This document shows, piece after piece, positions 1-11,516 of a stretch of DNA of 64,000 nucleotides (within the stretch, counting starts at the first letter, position 1; every line of letters begins with the position of its first letter). Made by a program: the position numbers and the translations under genes. The stretch is from positions 2,931 through 66,930 of the forward strand of contig JAYVXY010000132.1 of assembly GCA_043784785.1 (NCBI GenBank), written 5' to 3'. This DNA is from Aestuariivirga sp. (GTDB lineage: Bacteria > Pseudomonadota > Alphaproteobacteria > Rhizobiales > Aestuariivirgaceae). The notes beneath the pieces were generated by a model. It was given only the letters and a program-made list of their open reading frames with translations. It did no database searches and had not been told where the DNA came from.

Positions 1-1
1 A

Positions 2-409
2 GGCTCAGCCGTGGTGGAACTTTTATGGCAGGGCATTTGGAATTATGTACGCCAACATCATTTGGATGTGATGGTTGGCTGCGCCAGCTTCGAAGGCACT
101 GATATCAACCAGCACCAAGCGGCGCTCAGATTCCTGTTTCAAAATGCCAAAGCACCTTCCGACTGGCTGGTTCATGCCCATGCTTCACGACGACTGGAAA
201 TGAGCCTGGAAGACACCACCAAGACCGATTTAAAATCGATCATTTCCAATCTACCGCCTCTTATTAAAGGCTATCTGCGTCTAGGGTGCTATTTTGGTGA
301 TGACGTCGTTGTCGATGAAGCTTTTAACACCATCGACATGCTCGTCATTCTACCCATTACCCAAATCAATCGGCGCTATTTTGCAAGGTTTGGCGAGCCT
401 ACCAATTAA
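2..409 (+). CDS. GNAT-family acyltransferase, OlsB (ornithine lipid N-acyltransferase)-like; 5'-truncated by window edge
   Basis: Frame open from base 2; LLWQGIWNY..GCASF and PPLIKGYLRLG..D..FNT.D motifs typical of the OlsB/hemolysin-acyltransferase family. Confidence 0.75.
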   Translation, partial: GSAVVELLWQGIWNYVRQHHLDVMVGCASFEGTDINQHQAALRFLFQNAKAPSDWLVHAHASRRLEMSLEDTTKTDLKSIISNLPPLIKGYLRLGCYFGDDVVVDEAFNTIDMLVILPITQINRRYFARFGEPTN

Positions 410-2678
410 TGTCAAAGGCGGCGATTGCCGCCAGATTGACGATGTCATTGGTGGTGGCCGACATTGAAGCAATCTGAACTGATTTTGAAAGCCCCGTAAG
501 CAGCGGCCCCACAACCGTCACACCACCCAATTGCTGCAACATTTTTGTTGAGATTGATGCGGAGTGAGCCGCAGGCATAACCAAGACATTGGCAGGACCT
601 TTCAACCTGCAGAATGGATATTGCGCCATCACCTCAGGTGACAGCGCAACATCTGCGCCCATTTCGCCATCATATTCAAAATCAACTTTGCGACCATCCA
701 AAACCTTGACGGCACGGCGCACATATTCCGAGCGCTCGCCCTTGGGATATCCGAATGTGGAATAGGACAGCAATGCCACGCGCGGTTCCGCGCCAAACCT
801 GCGGGCAACGCCTGCTGCTTCTTGCGCAATATCGGCCAATTCGTCAGCCGTGGGTAATTCATGAATTGAGGTATCGGCAATGAACACGGTACGGCCGCGC
901 ACCAACGCCATCGAAACTGCAATGGGGCGATGACCCGCCTTTGCATCAATGGCGCGGCGCACATTATCCAGTGCCACGGCATAGTTGCGCGTAAGGCCCG
1001 TTACCATGGCGTCGGCATCACCTAAAGCCAACATACAGGCGCCAAAAATATTACGATCTTGGTTTGCCATGCGCTGGCAATCCCGGTGCAAGAAACCCTC
1101 GCGTTGCAAGCGACCATAAAGGAAATCACCATATTCATTGGTGCGTTCGGATATTCTGGCGTTGAGAATTTCAACATTCTCATGAAGCTCCAAACCCGAG
1201 ACATCCAATGCTTTTTGGATTGCGTCTTCGCGGCCAATCAAAATGGCTTTGCCTAAGCCTTGGTTGGCAAAACTATGGGCCGCGCGGATCATGCGTTCTT
1301 CTTCGCCCTCGGCAAAGATCACGCGCTTGGGCTGGGATTTCACATAAGAATAGATATTCTGCAACGTGCCAGCGATCGGGTCGAGCCGCGCTGAAAGTTG
1401 CGCCGCATAGGCATCGAGATCATCGATATTGCGGCGCGCAACGCCAGAAGCCATGGCCGCCTTGGCAACCGCCACCGGGATGCGCGAGATGAGGCGTGGA
1501 TCAAATGGGGCAGGGATTAAATATTCACGGCCAAATGAAAGCTTAGAGCCATGATAAGCAGCGGCCACTTCATCGGGCACATCTTCGCGCGCCAATCCGG
1601 CCAGCGCTTCGGCGGCTGCAATCTTCATTTCTTCATTGATGGTGCGGGCGCGCACATCCAAGGCACCGCGGAATATATAGGGAAAGCCCAGAACATTGTT
1701 CACCTGGTTAGGATAGTCCGAGCGACCTGTAGCCATAATGGCGTCTGATCGCACCGCTGCCACATCTTCGGGCAAAATCTCAGGATCGGGATTGGCCATC
1801 GCAAAAATGATGGGATTTGGAGCCATGGATTTAACCATGTCTTTGGTCAAAGCACCGGCAATCGAAAGGCCAAAGACAACGTCAGCACCTTTCATGGCAT
1901 CGGCCAAAGTGCGGGCCTCTGTTGGAACGGCATGGGCTGATTTCCACTGGTTCATGCCCTCGGTGCGGCCCTGATAAACCACACCCTTGGAATCACAAAG
2001 AATGACATTTTCATGGGGAACCCCTAAGGATTTCACCAATTCAATACAGGCAATTGCCGCCGCTCCAGCGCCATTGCAAACCAGTTTGAATTTTTTCAAG
2101 TCACGGCCCGTAATGTGCAGCGCGTTGATAAGGCCAGCCGTTGAAATGATCGCCGTGCCATGTTGGTCATCATGGAACACGGGAATGTCCATCAATTCGC
2201 GCAGACGTTGCTCAATGATGAAACAATCTGGGGCTTTGATGTCTTCCAAATTGATGCCACCAAAAGAGGGGCCCAAATAGCGTACTGCAGCAATAAACTC
2301 GTCGACATTCTTGGTATCGACTTCGAGGTCAATCGAATCAACATCCGCAAAGCGCTTGAATAAAACGGCCTTGCCTTCCATCACAGGTTTTGAAGCCAAG
2401 GCGCCTAAATCACCCAAACCCAATATTGCTGTGCCATTGGTGATGACTGCAACCAAATTGCCCTTTGATGTATAATCATAAGCCGCATCTGGATTTTCAG
2501 CGATCCGCCGCACAGGCACCGCGACGCCCGGGCTGTAGGCCAGTGACAAATCGCGCTGGGTGGCCATGGGCTTGGTGGGGGTAATTTCCAGTTTCCCAGG
2601 CTTTCCGCGTGAGTGAAATTGCAATGCCTCCTCATCGGTAAAAGATGGCTTTGCTGCTTTGTGCGGGGGTTTATCCAT
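399..2678 (-). CDS. maeB: NADP-dependent malic enzyme with C-terminal phosphotransacetylase-like domain
   Basis: AYSPGVA, GTAILGLG, FHDDQHGTA, GRSDYPNQVNNVLGFP motifs plus PTA-like C-terminal half (FAEGEE); start placed at ATG 2678 (alternative 2708). Confidence 0.95.
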   Translation of the reverse strand: MDKPPHKAAKPSFTDEEALQFHSRGKPGKLEITPTKPMATQRDLSLAYSPGVAVPVRRIAENPDAAYDYTSKGNLVAVITNGTAILGLGDLGALASKPVMEGKAVLFKRFADVDSIDLEVDTKNVDEFIAAVRYLGPSFGGINLEDIKAPDCFIIEQRLRELMDIPVFHDDQHGTAIISTAGLINALHITGRDLKKFKLVCNGAGAAAIACIELVKSLGVPHENVILCDSKGVVYQGRTEGMNQWKSAHAVPTEARTLADAMKGADVVFGLSIAGALTKDMVKSMAPNPIIFAMANPDPEILPEDVAAVRSDAIMATGRSDYPNQVNNVLGFPYIFRGALDVRARTINEEMKIAAAEALAGLAREDVPDEVAAAYHGSKLSFGREYLIPAPFDPRLISRIPVAVAKAAMASGVARRNIDDLDAYAAQLSARLDPIAGTLQNIYSYVKSQPKRVIFAEGEEERMIRAAHSFANQGLGKAILIGREDAIQKALDVSGLELHENVEILNARISERTNEYGDFLYGRLQREGFLHRDCQRMANQDRNIFGACMLALGDADAMVTGLTRNYAVALDNVRRAIDAKAGHRPIAVSMALVRGRTVFIADTSIHELPTADELADIAQEAAGVARRFGAEPRVALLSYSTFGYPKGERSEYVRRAVKVLDGRKVDFEYDGEMGADVALSPEVMAQYPFCRLKGPANVLVMPAAHSASISTKMLQQLGGVTVVGPLLTGLSKSVQIASMSATTNDIVNLAAIAAFDINW

Positions 2679-2773
2679 GTTGGGGGAACGCCTGTTGTTG
2701 GTTTGCACTCACCATAGCCCATTTATTCGTCACTTCAAAAGAGCATTGGCAGGTATGGGGGCTTATCTGATAT

Positions 2774-5494
2774 GTGACTTTTATGGAAGGCCGGCCCTTT
2801 AACAGCCCTGAATTGCAAACCCACGCTGAAGACAGCGTGGTGACGCCGATGATTGCGCAATATCTGGAGATTAAAGCCAGATATCCGGATGCCTTGCTGC
2901 TGTACCGGATGGGCGATTTTTATGAACTGTTTTTTGAAGATGCCGAAAAAGCTTCGGCCACGTTAGGCATTGCCCTGACCAAGCGCGGCAAACACAAGGG
3001 TAAGGATATTCCCATGTGCGGTGTGCCGGTTCATGCAATCGACCAATATTTGCAAAAACTGATTCGCTTTGGCCATCGTGCGGCCATTTGTGAACAAATT
3101 GAGGACCCAGCAGAAGCAAAAAAACGTGGTTCCAAATCCGTGGTTGCGCGTGATGTTGTGCGCCTTATTACGCCTGGAACATTGACCGAAGATGCTCTGC
3201 TCGATGCCAAATCCCGCAACTATCTTGCCGCGCTGACGGCTTTCAAAGGCAGCGGCGATATGGCGCTGGCCTTTGTTGACATTTCAACCGGCGAATTGGC
3301 TGTTATTGCAACTGACGACAGCCGTGTGGGCGCTGACCTGGCTCGCATCAATCCAAGTGAAATCCTGTTGAATGATAGTCTTCTTGAAGACGAGCAGATC
3401 AAAGCGGCCTTGTTAATTTCGGGTGGAGCAATTACCGCTATTGCCGCCAGTCGGTTTGAGAGTGTGGCTGCGGAGCACCGGCTAAAAAGCCATTTCAAAG
3501 TTGAGACACTTGATGCCTTTGGTGATTTTCGCCGTGTTGACATAGCAGCACTTGGTGCATTGCTTGACTATGTCGCAATCACCCAAGTGGGCCATATGCC
3601 CTATTTGCGGCCACCACGACGCGAAACTCAAGACGCTGGTCTTTTGATTGACGCAGCCACAAGAGCTAATCTGGAATTGGTTCGAGGTCTTAACGGGGAA
3701 CGCAAAGGCAGTTTGCTGGCCTGCCTCACTGAAACCGTCACGGCCGCTGGAACACGATTGTTGGCTGATGTCGTCGCCAGACCGCTGGCTGACTCAGAAC
3801 AGATTAACGTGCGACTTGATGCAGTATCTTATTTTCATAGCGATGAGACTCTAAATGGAGACGTTCGCAGTGCACTTAAATCTATGCCTGATCTTGAGCG
3901 TGCCCTGGCCAGAATAACCGCCGAGCGTGGTGGCCCGCGCGATTTGAGTGCAATCCGTGACAGCATTTACGCTTGCAAGAATTTGCTAGCCATTTTAAAT
4001 GTTGGACAAGGGCTGAAGCTGATGCCAGCGCGTCTCGAACGCCTTATGAAGCAACTTGCCGCCGCGCCGCAAACGCTCGCTGATCTTTTACAAAATGCTT
4101 TGACAGACGAGCTATCACTTTTGACGCGTGACGGTGGTTTTATAGCGCGCGGCTATTCGTTTGAACTGGATGAAAATCGCAAGCTGCGCGATGACACCCG
4201 CCAAGTGATTGCGGCACTGCAAACGCATTATGCCGAAGCCAGTGGCGTAAAGAGTCTTAAAATCAAACACAATAATATGCTGGGCTATTTTATCGAAGTT
4301 ACAGCTCAACAGGCCGAACTTTTAAAACTTTCTGATGCTGCAAAACGCTTTGTCCATCGGCAAACCATTGCCAGTGCTGTACGCTTTACAACGCTCGAAC
4401 TGGGCGAGTTGGAACAGAAAATTGCATTGGCGGCATCGCGTGTCTTGGCGCTGGAACTCGAGTTTTTTAAGGACTTTGTTGAACAGGTAGAAAAAGAGCG
4501 GGCGAAACTTTCAGAGGCTGCATCAGCCCTTGCCGAAATTGACGTTTATGCTGGTCTTGCTCAATTGGCCAGAGATCGTCGCTATGTGCACCCGACCGTT
4601 GATCAAAGTTTGACATTCAAAATCGAGGCAGGGCGCCACCCGATTGTTGAGGAGGCTCTGCGCAGCCAGAGCGACCGCAGCTTTGCCGCCAATGATTGCG
4701 ACCTCAGCCCTGATCATAAGCGGCTTTGGTTGCTCACAGGCCCCAATATGGCGGGTAAATCAACATTTCTAAGGCAGAATGCTCTAATCGCGATTATGGC
4801 CCAGATGGGAAGTTTTGTGCCTGCAGCCAAAGCCCATATCGGTGTTGTTGATAGGCTTTATAGTCGGGTGGGAGCAGCCGATGATCTGGCGCGTGGTCGT
4901 TCAACCTTCATGGTTGAGATGATTGAAACGGCGGCCATTCTTAATCAATCGACATCACGCTCGCTCGTCATTCTCGATGAAATCGGGCGTGGGACTGCAA
5001 CGTTTGACGGCTTATCAATTGCCTGGGCAACGCTCGAACATCTTCACGACATCAATTTGTCGCGCGGCCTTTTTGCTACTCATTATCATGAACTCACGGC
5101 ACTGACTTCAACTTTAAGCCAGCTTTTTTGCGCCACCATGAAAGTGAAAGAGTGGAAAGGCGATCTCGTGTTTCTGCATGAAGTTGCAGCGGGTGCGGCT
5201 GAGCGATCATACGGCATTCAAGCCGCCAAATTGGCGGGCATGCCACTGCCGGTTATTCAACGCGCTTCAGAGGTTTTGAAACGTTTGGAAGATGGCCGAT
5301 ATCAAACAAAAAGGCAGGATCTGGTTGAATCATTACCGCTATTCCAAGCCAAAGTTCAATCCCAGTTGCCGGATGCAAAGCAGGACTCCCTACGCGAGCG
5401 GCTGCAAAACATATTGCCAGATGAAGTCTCGCCACGCGAAGCCCACGCTTTAATTTATGAACTCAAGCAATTATTGGATAGTAAGAACAGTTGA
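2774..5494 (+). CDS. mutS: DNA mismatch repair protein MutS
   Basis: LLYRMGDFYELFFEDA, Walker A GPNMAGKST, SRSLVILDEIGRGT, FATHYHEL; start could be ATG 2783. Confidence 0.98.
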   Translation: MTFMEGRPFNSPELQTHAEDSVVTPMIAQYLEIKARYPDALLLYRMGDFYELFFEDAEKASATLGIALTKRGKHKGKDIPMCGVPVHAIDQYLQKLIRFGHRAAICEQIEDPAEAKKRGSKSVVARDVVRLITPGTLTEDALLDAKSRNYLAALTAFKGSGDMALAFVDISTGELAVIATDDSRVGADLARINPSEILLNDSLLEDEQIKAALLISGGAITAIAASRFESVAAEHRLKSHFKVETLDAFGDFRRVDIAALGALLDYVAITQVGHMPYLRPPRRETQDAGLLIDAATRANLELVRGLNGERKGSLLACLTETVTAAGTRLLADVVARPLADSEQINVRLDAVSYFHSDETLNGDVRSALKSMPDLERALARITAERGGPRDLSAIRDSIYACKNLLAILNVGQGLKLMPARLERLMKQLAAAPQTLADLLQNALTDELSLLTRDGGFIARGYSFELDENRKLRDDTRQVIAALQTHYAEASGVKSLKIKHNNMLGYFIEVTAQQAELLKLSDAAKRFVHRQTIASAVRFTTLELGELEQKIALAASRVLALELEFFKDFVEQVEKERAKLSEAASALAEIDVYAGLAQLARDRRYVHPTVDQSLTFKIEAGRHPIVEEALRSQSDRSFAANDCDLSPDHKRLWLLTGPNMAGKSTFLRQNALIAIMAQMGSFVPAAKAHIGVVDRLYSRVGAADDLARGRSTFMVEMIETAAILNQSTSRSLVILDEIGRGTATFDGLSIAWATLEHLHDINLSRGLFATHYHELTALTSTLSQLFCATMKVKEWKGDLVFLHEVAAGAAERSYGIQAAKLAGMPLPVIQRASEVLKRLEDGRYQTKRQDLVESLPLFQAKVQSQLPDAKQDSLRERLQNILPDEVSPREAHALIYELKQLLDSKNS

Positions 5495-8220
5495 TGTCGC
5501 CTGAACAAGAGTTTTCCGCAGCCCTATTGGCCCTGCCACTCCAGGAACCCCTTGCCATGCGCAATCAGGTTTCTGGCTTGATCAAGGATTGCCTGAATGC
5601 TGTGCGCGAAATCGCCGAACAGCAATTGTTAAAAGATGGTCAGGGCACCAAATGCGCCGAACATCTTTCGCGAACCGAAGACTTCATCATCCAGCATGTT
5701 GTTGCTTTTGCAAGTTCCAAAGTTTTCCCCGGACCCATATCGCCTGGTCTATCGGTCGTTGCAGTTGGTGGCTATGGTCGGGGCACATTGGCGCCGGGCT
5801 CAGACATTGATCTGCTCTTTCTATTGACCGGAAGATCGAGCGAACGCGCTTCACGTATTGTTGAGTTTCTGCTCTATGCTTTGTGGGATGCGCGGCAAAA
5901 AGTGGGTCATGCCACGCGCAGCATTGATGATTGCATCAAGCTTGCCAAATCTGACAACACCATTCTCACCTCTATTTTGGAGGCCCGATTCATCTGTGGT
6001 GAAAGCCATCTCTTTAATGATTTAGTTGATCGTTTCAGACGCGAAATCGTCCTCACCAGTGCCAAAAAATTTGTGGCGGAGAAGTTGGCCGAGCGTGATC
6101 AACGTCATGCCAAATCCGGCGAAAGCCGCTATGCCGTTGAACCAGATCTGAAAGACGGCAAGGGCGGGCTTCGTGATCTTCACACGCTGTTCTGGATTGC
6201 CAAATTTCTGTTTAATGCCAATTCACCAGAAGAACTCGCTGTAAAAGGTGCTTTCACGCGCGCAGAATTGGCACAGTTCAAGAAATGCGAAGACTTTCTT
6301 TGGGCGGTGCGTTGTCATTTGCATTTCATCGCCAAACGCGGTGAAGATCGCTTGAGTTTTGACCGCCAAATCGAGATGGCCGAGAGATTGGGTTATAAAT
6401 CGCATCATGGCCTGAAACATGTTGAACGGTTTATGAAGCATTACTTCTTGATCGCAAAAGATGTAGGCGATTTAACACGCATTTTCTGTGCCAGTCTTGA
6501 AGCAAAGCAATTCAAGGAAGCGCCATCACTATCGCGCGTGATCGGAAAACTCATTCCTCGTCGAAACATAGGAATCAAGGGCGATAAGGATTTCAAGATC
6601 GAGAGCGGGCGCATCAGCGTGGTCGATGACGGAGTGTTTAAGCGCACGCCCGTGAACATGCTGAGGATATTCAAACTTTCGGGACATACGGGCATGGAGA
6701 TCCACCCTGATGCATTGAAGGATATTCGCAAATCCTTGCGGTTGATTGATGATCAACTGCGCCTGAACCCGGAAGCCAACGCCATTTTCCTCGACATTTT
6801 AACGGCAGGTGTTACGCCGGAAACATTGCTGCGCATGATGAATGAGGCGGGTGTTCTCGGTCGCTTTATACCCGAATTTGGCAAGATTGTCGCAATGATG
6901 CAGTTCAGCATGTATCACCACTATACGGTTGATGAACATTTGATCCGGTCAGTTGGAATCCTTTCGCAGTTGGAGCGCGGCACTCTTACGGGCGATCATC
7001 CGCTCTCGGCCTCCTTATTCCCCACGCTTAAATCTCGGCGTGTGCTTTATGTGGCAACATTGCTGCACGATATTGCCAAGGGGCGACAGGAAGATCACTC
7101 CATCGCTGGCGAACGCATTGCGCGCGAACTTTGCCCGCGCCTTGGCTTGAGCGAGGCCGAAACCGAGACTGTCGCTTGGCTCATTCGTTATCATCTGTTG
7201 ATGAGCGAAACATCTCAGATGCGAGACTTGAATGACTTCAAAACCATTCTTGATTTTACCTCCATCGTGCAAAGCCCTGAACGCTTGAAGCTTTTGCTTA
7301 TCCTCACCGTGGCCGATATTCGCGCCGTTGGGCCTAGCGTATGGAATGGTTGGAAAGGACAATTGCTGCGGACACTTTATGCCGAAGCTGAACCCGTTCT
7401 CAGCGGCGGCCACACCGCTATTTCACGCAAGGAGCGGGTTGTTGAAGCGCAAAATCAGTTTCTCAATCATTTTCCCAAATGGTCAGAGGATCAAAAGAAA
7501 AGAGCCGTTTTGCGTCACTATGATGCTTATTGGTTGAACGTATCGGTTGATCGGCAATTGCGACATCAGGCTTTGATTGACAGAGCCAAAGAACGCGAGG
7601 CCGCGACCGATATTCATACCGATGCATTCGCTGGCGTGACTGAGATCACGGTCTACACCCCCGATCATCCAAGATTGCTGGCCTTGATAACAGGGGCTTG
7701 TGCTGCGGTTGGTGCCAATATTATTGGCGCGCAAATCTTTACCACAAATGACGGCATGGCGCTTGATACAATCTTGCTGCAACGTGAATTCGTCAGCGAA
7801 GAAGATGAGCGGCGACGTACGACACGGGTTTGTGATTCAATTGTTAAAACATTGCATGGGCAGTTAAGACTGCGTGACGCTTTGGCCGGGGCACAGGAAG
7901 TGCAAGGCCGCGCCAAAGCATTCACTGTGGCACCGCATGTTATTATCGATAATGCGCCTTCCAATAAATACACCGTTGTTGAAATCAATGGACTAGACCG
8001 CGTTGGCCTGCTGCATGGTTTAACCGAAGCGCTGTTCCATCTCAATTTGAACATCGCCTCGGCCCACATTGTAACCTATGGCGAAAAGGCGATTGACGTG
8101 TTTTATGTGACCGATTTAACCGGAGCCAAAATTGAAAACCCCGCCCGACAAGAAGCCATCGAAAAGACTTTGATCAATGTTCTGGCACCCCCTCCTGCCA
8201 GCTTGAAGGCGGTTGGCTGA
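5491..8220 (+). CDS. glnD: [protein-PII] uridylyltransferase / uridylyl-removing enzyme
   Basis: AVGGYGRGTLAPGSDIDLLFL NTase motif, HD domain (HHYTVDEH, LLHDIAKG), two C-terminal ACT domains. Confidence 0.97.
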   Translation: MMSPEQEFSAALLALPLQEPLAMRNQVSGLIKDCLNAVREIAEQQLLKDGQGTKCAEHLSRTEDFIIQHVVAFASSKVFPGPISPGLSVVAVGGYGRGTLAPGSDIDLLFLLTGRSSERASRIVEFLLYALWDARQKVGHATRSIDDCIKLAKSDNTILTSILEARFICGESHLFNDLVDRFRREIVLTSAKKFVAEKLAERDQRHAKSGESRYAVEPDLKDGKGGLRDLHTLFWIAKFLFNANSPEELAVKGAFTRAELAQFKKCEDFLWAVRCHLHFIAKRGEDRLSFDRQIEMAERLGYKSHHGLKHVERFMKHYFLIAKDVGDLTRIFCASLEAKQFKEAPSLSRVIGKLIPRRNIGIKGDKDFKIESGRISVVDDGVFKRTPVNMLRIFKLSGHTGMEIHPDALKDIRKSLRLIDDQLRLNPEANAIFLDILTAGVTPETLLRMMNEAGVLGRFIPEFGKIVAMMQFSMYHHYTVDEHLIRSVGILSQLERGTLTGDHPLSASLFPTLKSRRVLYVATLLHDIAKGRQEDHSIAGERIARELCPRLGLSEAETETVAWLIRYHLLMSETSQMRDLNDFKTILDFTSIVQSPERLKLLLILTVADIRAVGPSVWNGWKGQLLRTLYAEAEPVLSGGHTAISRKERVVEAQNQFLNHFPKWSEDQKKRAVLRHYDAYWLNVSVDRQLRHQALIDRAKEREAATDIHTDAFAGVTEITVYTPDHPRLLALITGACAAVGANIIGAQIFTTNDGMALDTILLQREFVSEEDERRRTTRVCDSIVKTLHGQLRLRDALAGAQEVQGRAKAFTVAPHVIIDNAPSNKYTVVEINGLDRVGLLHGLTEALFHLNLNIASAHIVTYGEKAIDVFYVTDLTGAKIENPARQEAIEKTLINVLAPPPASLKAVG

Positions 8221-9799
8221 TCCAAATGGTAATGCACTAGACATGTCCCTTTTCAGATCAGCAGCCACAGTTGGCGGATATACCACTTTGAGCCGGATAC
8301 TGGGCTTTGTCCGCGACCAATTGGTGGCTTTTACTTTGGGAACCGGGTTTGTCGCCGAAGCCTTTTTCGTGGCGCAGCGTTTTCCAAACTTGTTTCGTAC
8401 CCTATTTGCTGAGGGTGCATTCAATTCTGCCTTTGTGCCGCTTTTTGCCAAACGTGTCGAAGGCGAAGGCTTGTCTGCTGCGCATTCATTTGCGCGCGAA
8501 GTTTTTTCCGCACTTTTGGTTTGGATGGTGGTGTTTACATCCGTTGCCATGATCTTAATGCCGTGGCTGATTTATATTATTGCTCCCGGTTTTGTGGTGT
8601 CGCCTGATAAGCTATCCTTGGCGACTAATCTGACAATCATCTGCTTTCCCTATTTGTTGTTCATGTCTTTGACAGCTTTACAAGGCGGTGTGCTCAATAG
8701 TTTGCATAAATTCACAGCCGCTGCAGCAGCACCGATTTTGCTCAATCTGGTGATGATCGCGTCAAATGTGGTGGCATGGTTCTTTGGAACTGGAAACTCG
8801 CCCACAACAGGCTATATTTTTGCTGTTGGTGTTTCGCTTTCGGGCGTAGCGCAATTTCTGTTACTGGCCATCGCCTGCAAGAGAGCTGGCATGTCGCTGA
8901 TCCCTACTTGGCCAAAGTTTTCACCTGATGTGAGTTTGGTTGCCAAGCGCAGTCTGCCTGGTATTGTTTCAGGCGGCATCATGCAAATCAATCTGCTGAT
9001 TGCAACAATGATTGCAACAAGCATCGACCATGCTGTGGCCTATCTCTATTATGCTGATCGGCTCTACCAACTGCCACTCGGTGTGATTGGTGTTGCGATT
9101 GGTGTTGTGCTGCTGCCAACGCTTTCGCGCAGACTTCGAGCTGGCGATGACCAAGGCGCATTGGATGCGAGCAATCGTTCGTTGGAATTATCACTTTTCC
9201 TCACTCTGCCAGCTGCTGCGGCGCTTATTACGATCGCGACGCCGATTTTGCACACCGTGTTTGAACATGGTGCCTTTCATGCTGGTGATACTGCGGCTGT
9301 TGCACCGGCCGTAATGGCCTTTGCCTGTGGCCTTCCGGCCTTTGCACTCACGAAAGTTTTTCAACCAGGTTTTTATGCCCGCGAGGACACAGCAACCCCG
9401 ATGCGCTTTGCCATCATTTCTGTTGTTGTAAATATTGTTGGAAGCTTGGTGCTCTCGCATTTCCTTGGCCATGTGGGCATTGCAATCGCCACCACGCTTG
9501 CTGCTTGGACCAATGCTTCACAACTTTACTTCAGGCTACATAGCTTGGGGCATTTTGCTTTTGATGCGCGCTGTAAAAGACGTTTGCCGCTGATCATTTT
9601 GGCAACACTGTTTATGGCTGGTGCGCTGCTCGCAGCCAGTTGGATATTGCGCGGCAATTTTGCTCCAGGTACAGGCTTTATCCACTCGATTTGGGGGTTG
9701 GGCTTAATTGTTGCCGTTGGGCTTGGCAGTTATTTTTCATTTGCCCAGGCCGTTGGTGCCTTCAAAATCTCGGAACTTAAAGCTGCCATGAAGGGTTAA
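8213..9799 (+). CDS. murJ: Lipid II flippase MurJ (MviN)
   Basis: SRILGFVRD..AFFVAQRFPNLFRTLFAEGAF, YADRLYQLPLG; multiple TM segments; real start may be MSLFRS at 8243. Confidence 0.96.
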   Translation: MADPNGNALDMSLFRSAATVGGYTTLSRILGFVRDQLVAFTLGTGFVAEAFFVAQRFPNLFRTLFAEGAFNSAFVPLFAKRVEGEGLSAAHSFAREVFSALLVWMVVFTSVAMILMPWLIYIIAPGFVVSPDKLSLATNLTIICFPYLLFMSLTALQGGVLNSLHKFTAAAAAPILLNLVMIASNVVAWFFGTGNSPTTGYIFAVGVSLSGVAQFLLLAIACKRAGMSLIPTWPKFSPDVSLVAKRSLPGIVSGGIMQINLLIATMIATSIDHAVAYLYYADRLYQLPLGVIGVAIGVVLLPTLSRRLRAGDDQGALDASNRSLELSLFLTLPAAAALITIATPILHTVFEHGAFHAGDTAAVAPAVMAFACGLPAFALTKVFQPGFYAREDTATPMRFAIISVVVNIVGSLVLSHFLGHVGIAIATTLAAWTNASQLYFRLHSLGHFAFDARCKRRLPLIILATLFMAGALLAASWILRGNFAPGTGFIHSIWGLGLIVAVGLGSYFSFAQAVGAFKISELKAAMKG

Positions 9800-9864
9800 A
9801 ACGCCCTTTCCAAAACCCATGATTGAGGGCATAAGCGCCGCTTCTGTTTTGAAAGTTTGAGATA

Positions 9865-10899
9865 ATGACCACATTCGCGCCCCGCGTTTTTTCCGGCATG
9901 CAGCCCACCGGCAATTTGCACCTTGGCAATTATCTTGGTGCCATGATCAATTGGGTGAAAATGCAGGAAACCAATGACTGCATTTATTGCGTGGTGGATA
10001 TGCATGCCATTACCATGTGGCAGGAGCCTAAGGCCTTGACGAAAGCCACGCGTGATGTGACAGCGGCATACATCGCTTGCGGGTTGGATCCGAGACGCTC
10101 GATCATCTTCAACCAATCGCAAGTTCAGGAACATGCTGAGCTCGCCTGGATTTTCAATTGCGTGGCAAGACTTGGCTGGTTGAACCGTATGACCCAGTTC
10201 AAAGACAAGGCCGGCAAAGATAAGGAACAGGCATCAGTTGGGCTTTATGCTTATCCCAATCTGATGGCCGCCGATATTCTGGCTTACAAGGGTACGCATG
10301 TTCCTGTTGGTGAAGACCAGAAACAGCATTTGGAATTGGCGCGGGATATTGCACAGAAGTTCAATGTGGATTTTGCAGAATCGATTGCTGAAAATGGTTT
10401 TGGCGATGCGTTTTTTCCACTTACCGAACCGATGATCACGGGAACAGCCACGCGCGTTATGTCGCTGCGGGATGGCACTAAAAAGATGTCAAAATCTGAT
10501 CCATCAGATCTCTCGCGCATCAATCTGATGGATTCGGCTGACGATATTGCCAAGAAAATTCGTAAAGCCAAGACGGATATGGATGCCTTGCCGTCGGAAG
10601 TGGCGGGCCTAAAAGGCAGGCCGGAAGCAGATAATCTCGTAAATATTTATGCGGCATTGGCAAACCAGACCAAGGAACAGGTTTTGGCCCAGTTCGGTGG
10701 TGGCCAGTTTTCAGGGTTGAAGAATGCGCTAGCTGACTTGGCCGTCGCCAAGCTTTCACCAATTGTCAGCGAAATCACGCGTTTGCAGGCTGATCCTGCC
10801 CATGTGGATGCGATTTTGGCCGATGGCGCGAACCGCGCTCGCGCCATAGCTGCACCTATCGTGCGCGATGTGCGCAAAATCGTCGGTTTTGTTGGGTGA
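9865..10899 (+). CDS. trpS: Tryptophan--tRNA ligase
   Basis: [16 protein letters not shown] (HIGH-like), [20 protein letters not shown]. Confidence 0.98.
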   Translation: MTTFAPRVFSGMQPTGNLHLGNYLGAMINWVKMQETNDCIYCVVDMHAITMWQEPKALTKATRDVTAAYIACGLDPRRSIIFNQSQVQEHAELAWIFNCVARLGWLNRMTQFKDKAGKDKEQASVGLYAYPNLMAADILAYKGTHVPVGEDQKQHLELARDIAQKFNVDFAESIAENGFGDAFFPLTEPMITGTATRVMSLRDGTKKMSKSDPSDLSRINLMDSADDIAKKIRKAKTDMDALPSEVAGLKGRPEADNLVNIYAALANQTKEQVLAQFGGGQFSGLKNALADLAVAKLSPIVSEITRLQADPAHVDAILADGANRARAIAAPIVRDVRKIVGFVG

Positions 10900-10958
10900 A
10901 GAACAACACTTTAAAATCATTCCAAACTGGCCTATATGAATAGCTGAGAGGATTACTC

Positions 10959-11516
10959 ATGTTTATTCAAACCGAAGCTACGCCTAACCCAGCAACATTG
11001 AAATTCATTCCCGGGAAGCCAGTTTTGCCTGGTTCAACCCGTGAATATAAAAAGGCATCAGACGCGTTAGAATCGCCACTGGCTGAAAAATTGTTCAGCA
11101 TTTCAGGTGTTTCGGGCGTATTTCTGGGCCATGATTTTATCACGGTGAGCAAGGGCGTCGGCGAGTGGCAGCATTTAAAGCCGGCCATTCTTGGCCTGAT
11201 CATGGATCACTATGTTTCAGGCGCACCAATTCTCTCGGATGCAGGCCAAATTGAAGCTGCTGGCGAAGAATTTTTTGAAGCTGAGCATTCCGAAGTGGTG
11301 AAAACCATCAAGGATTTGCTCGATACCCGGGTGCGCCCCGCCGTGGCGCAGGATGGCGGCGATATTACCTTCAAAGGTTTCAAGGAAGGTATTGTTTATT
11401 TAAACATGAAAGGCTCATGCGCGGGCTGCCCAAGCTCCACCGCCACATTGAAGCACGGCATTGAGAATCTGCTTCGGCATTTTGTGCCCGAAGTTACGGA
11501 AGTTCGCCCAGTCTAA
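10959..11516 (+). CDS. NifU/NfuA-family Fe-S cluster carrier
   Basis: MFIQTEATPNPATLKF N-terminal scaffold domain; VRPAVAQDGGDI and GSCAGCPSS (CxxC). Confidence 0.93.
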   Translation: MFIQTEATPNPATLKFIPGKPVLPGSTREYKKASDALESPLAEKLFSISGVSGVFLGHDFITVSKGVGEWQHLKPAILGLIMDHYVSGAPILSDAGQIEAAGEEFFEAEHSEVVKTIKDLLDTRVRPAVAQDGGDITFKGFKEGIVYLNMKGSCAGCPSSTATLKHGIENLLRHFVPEVTEVRPV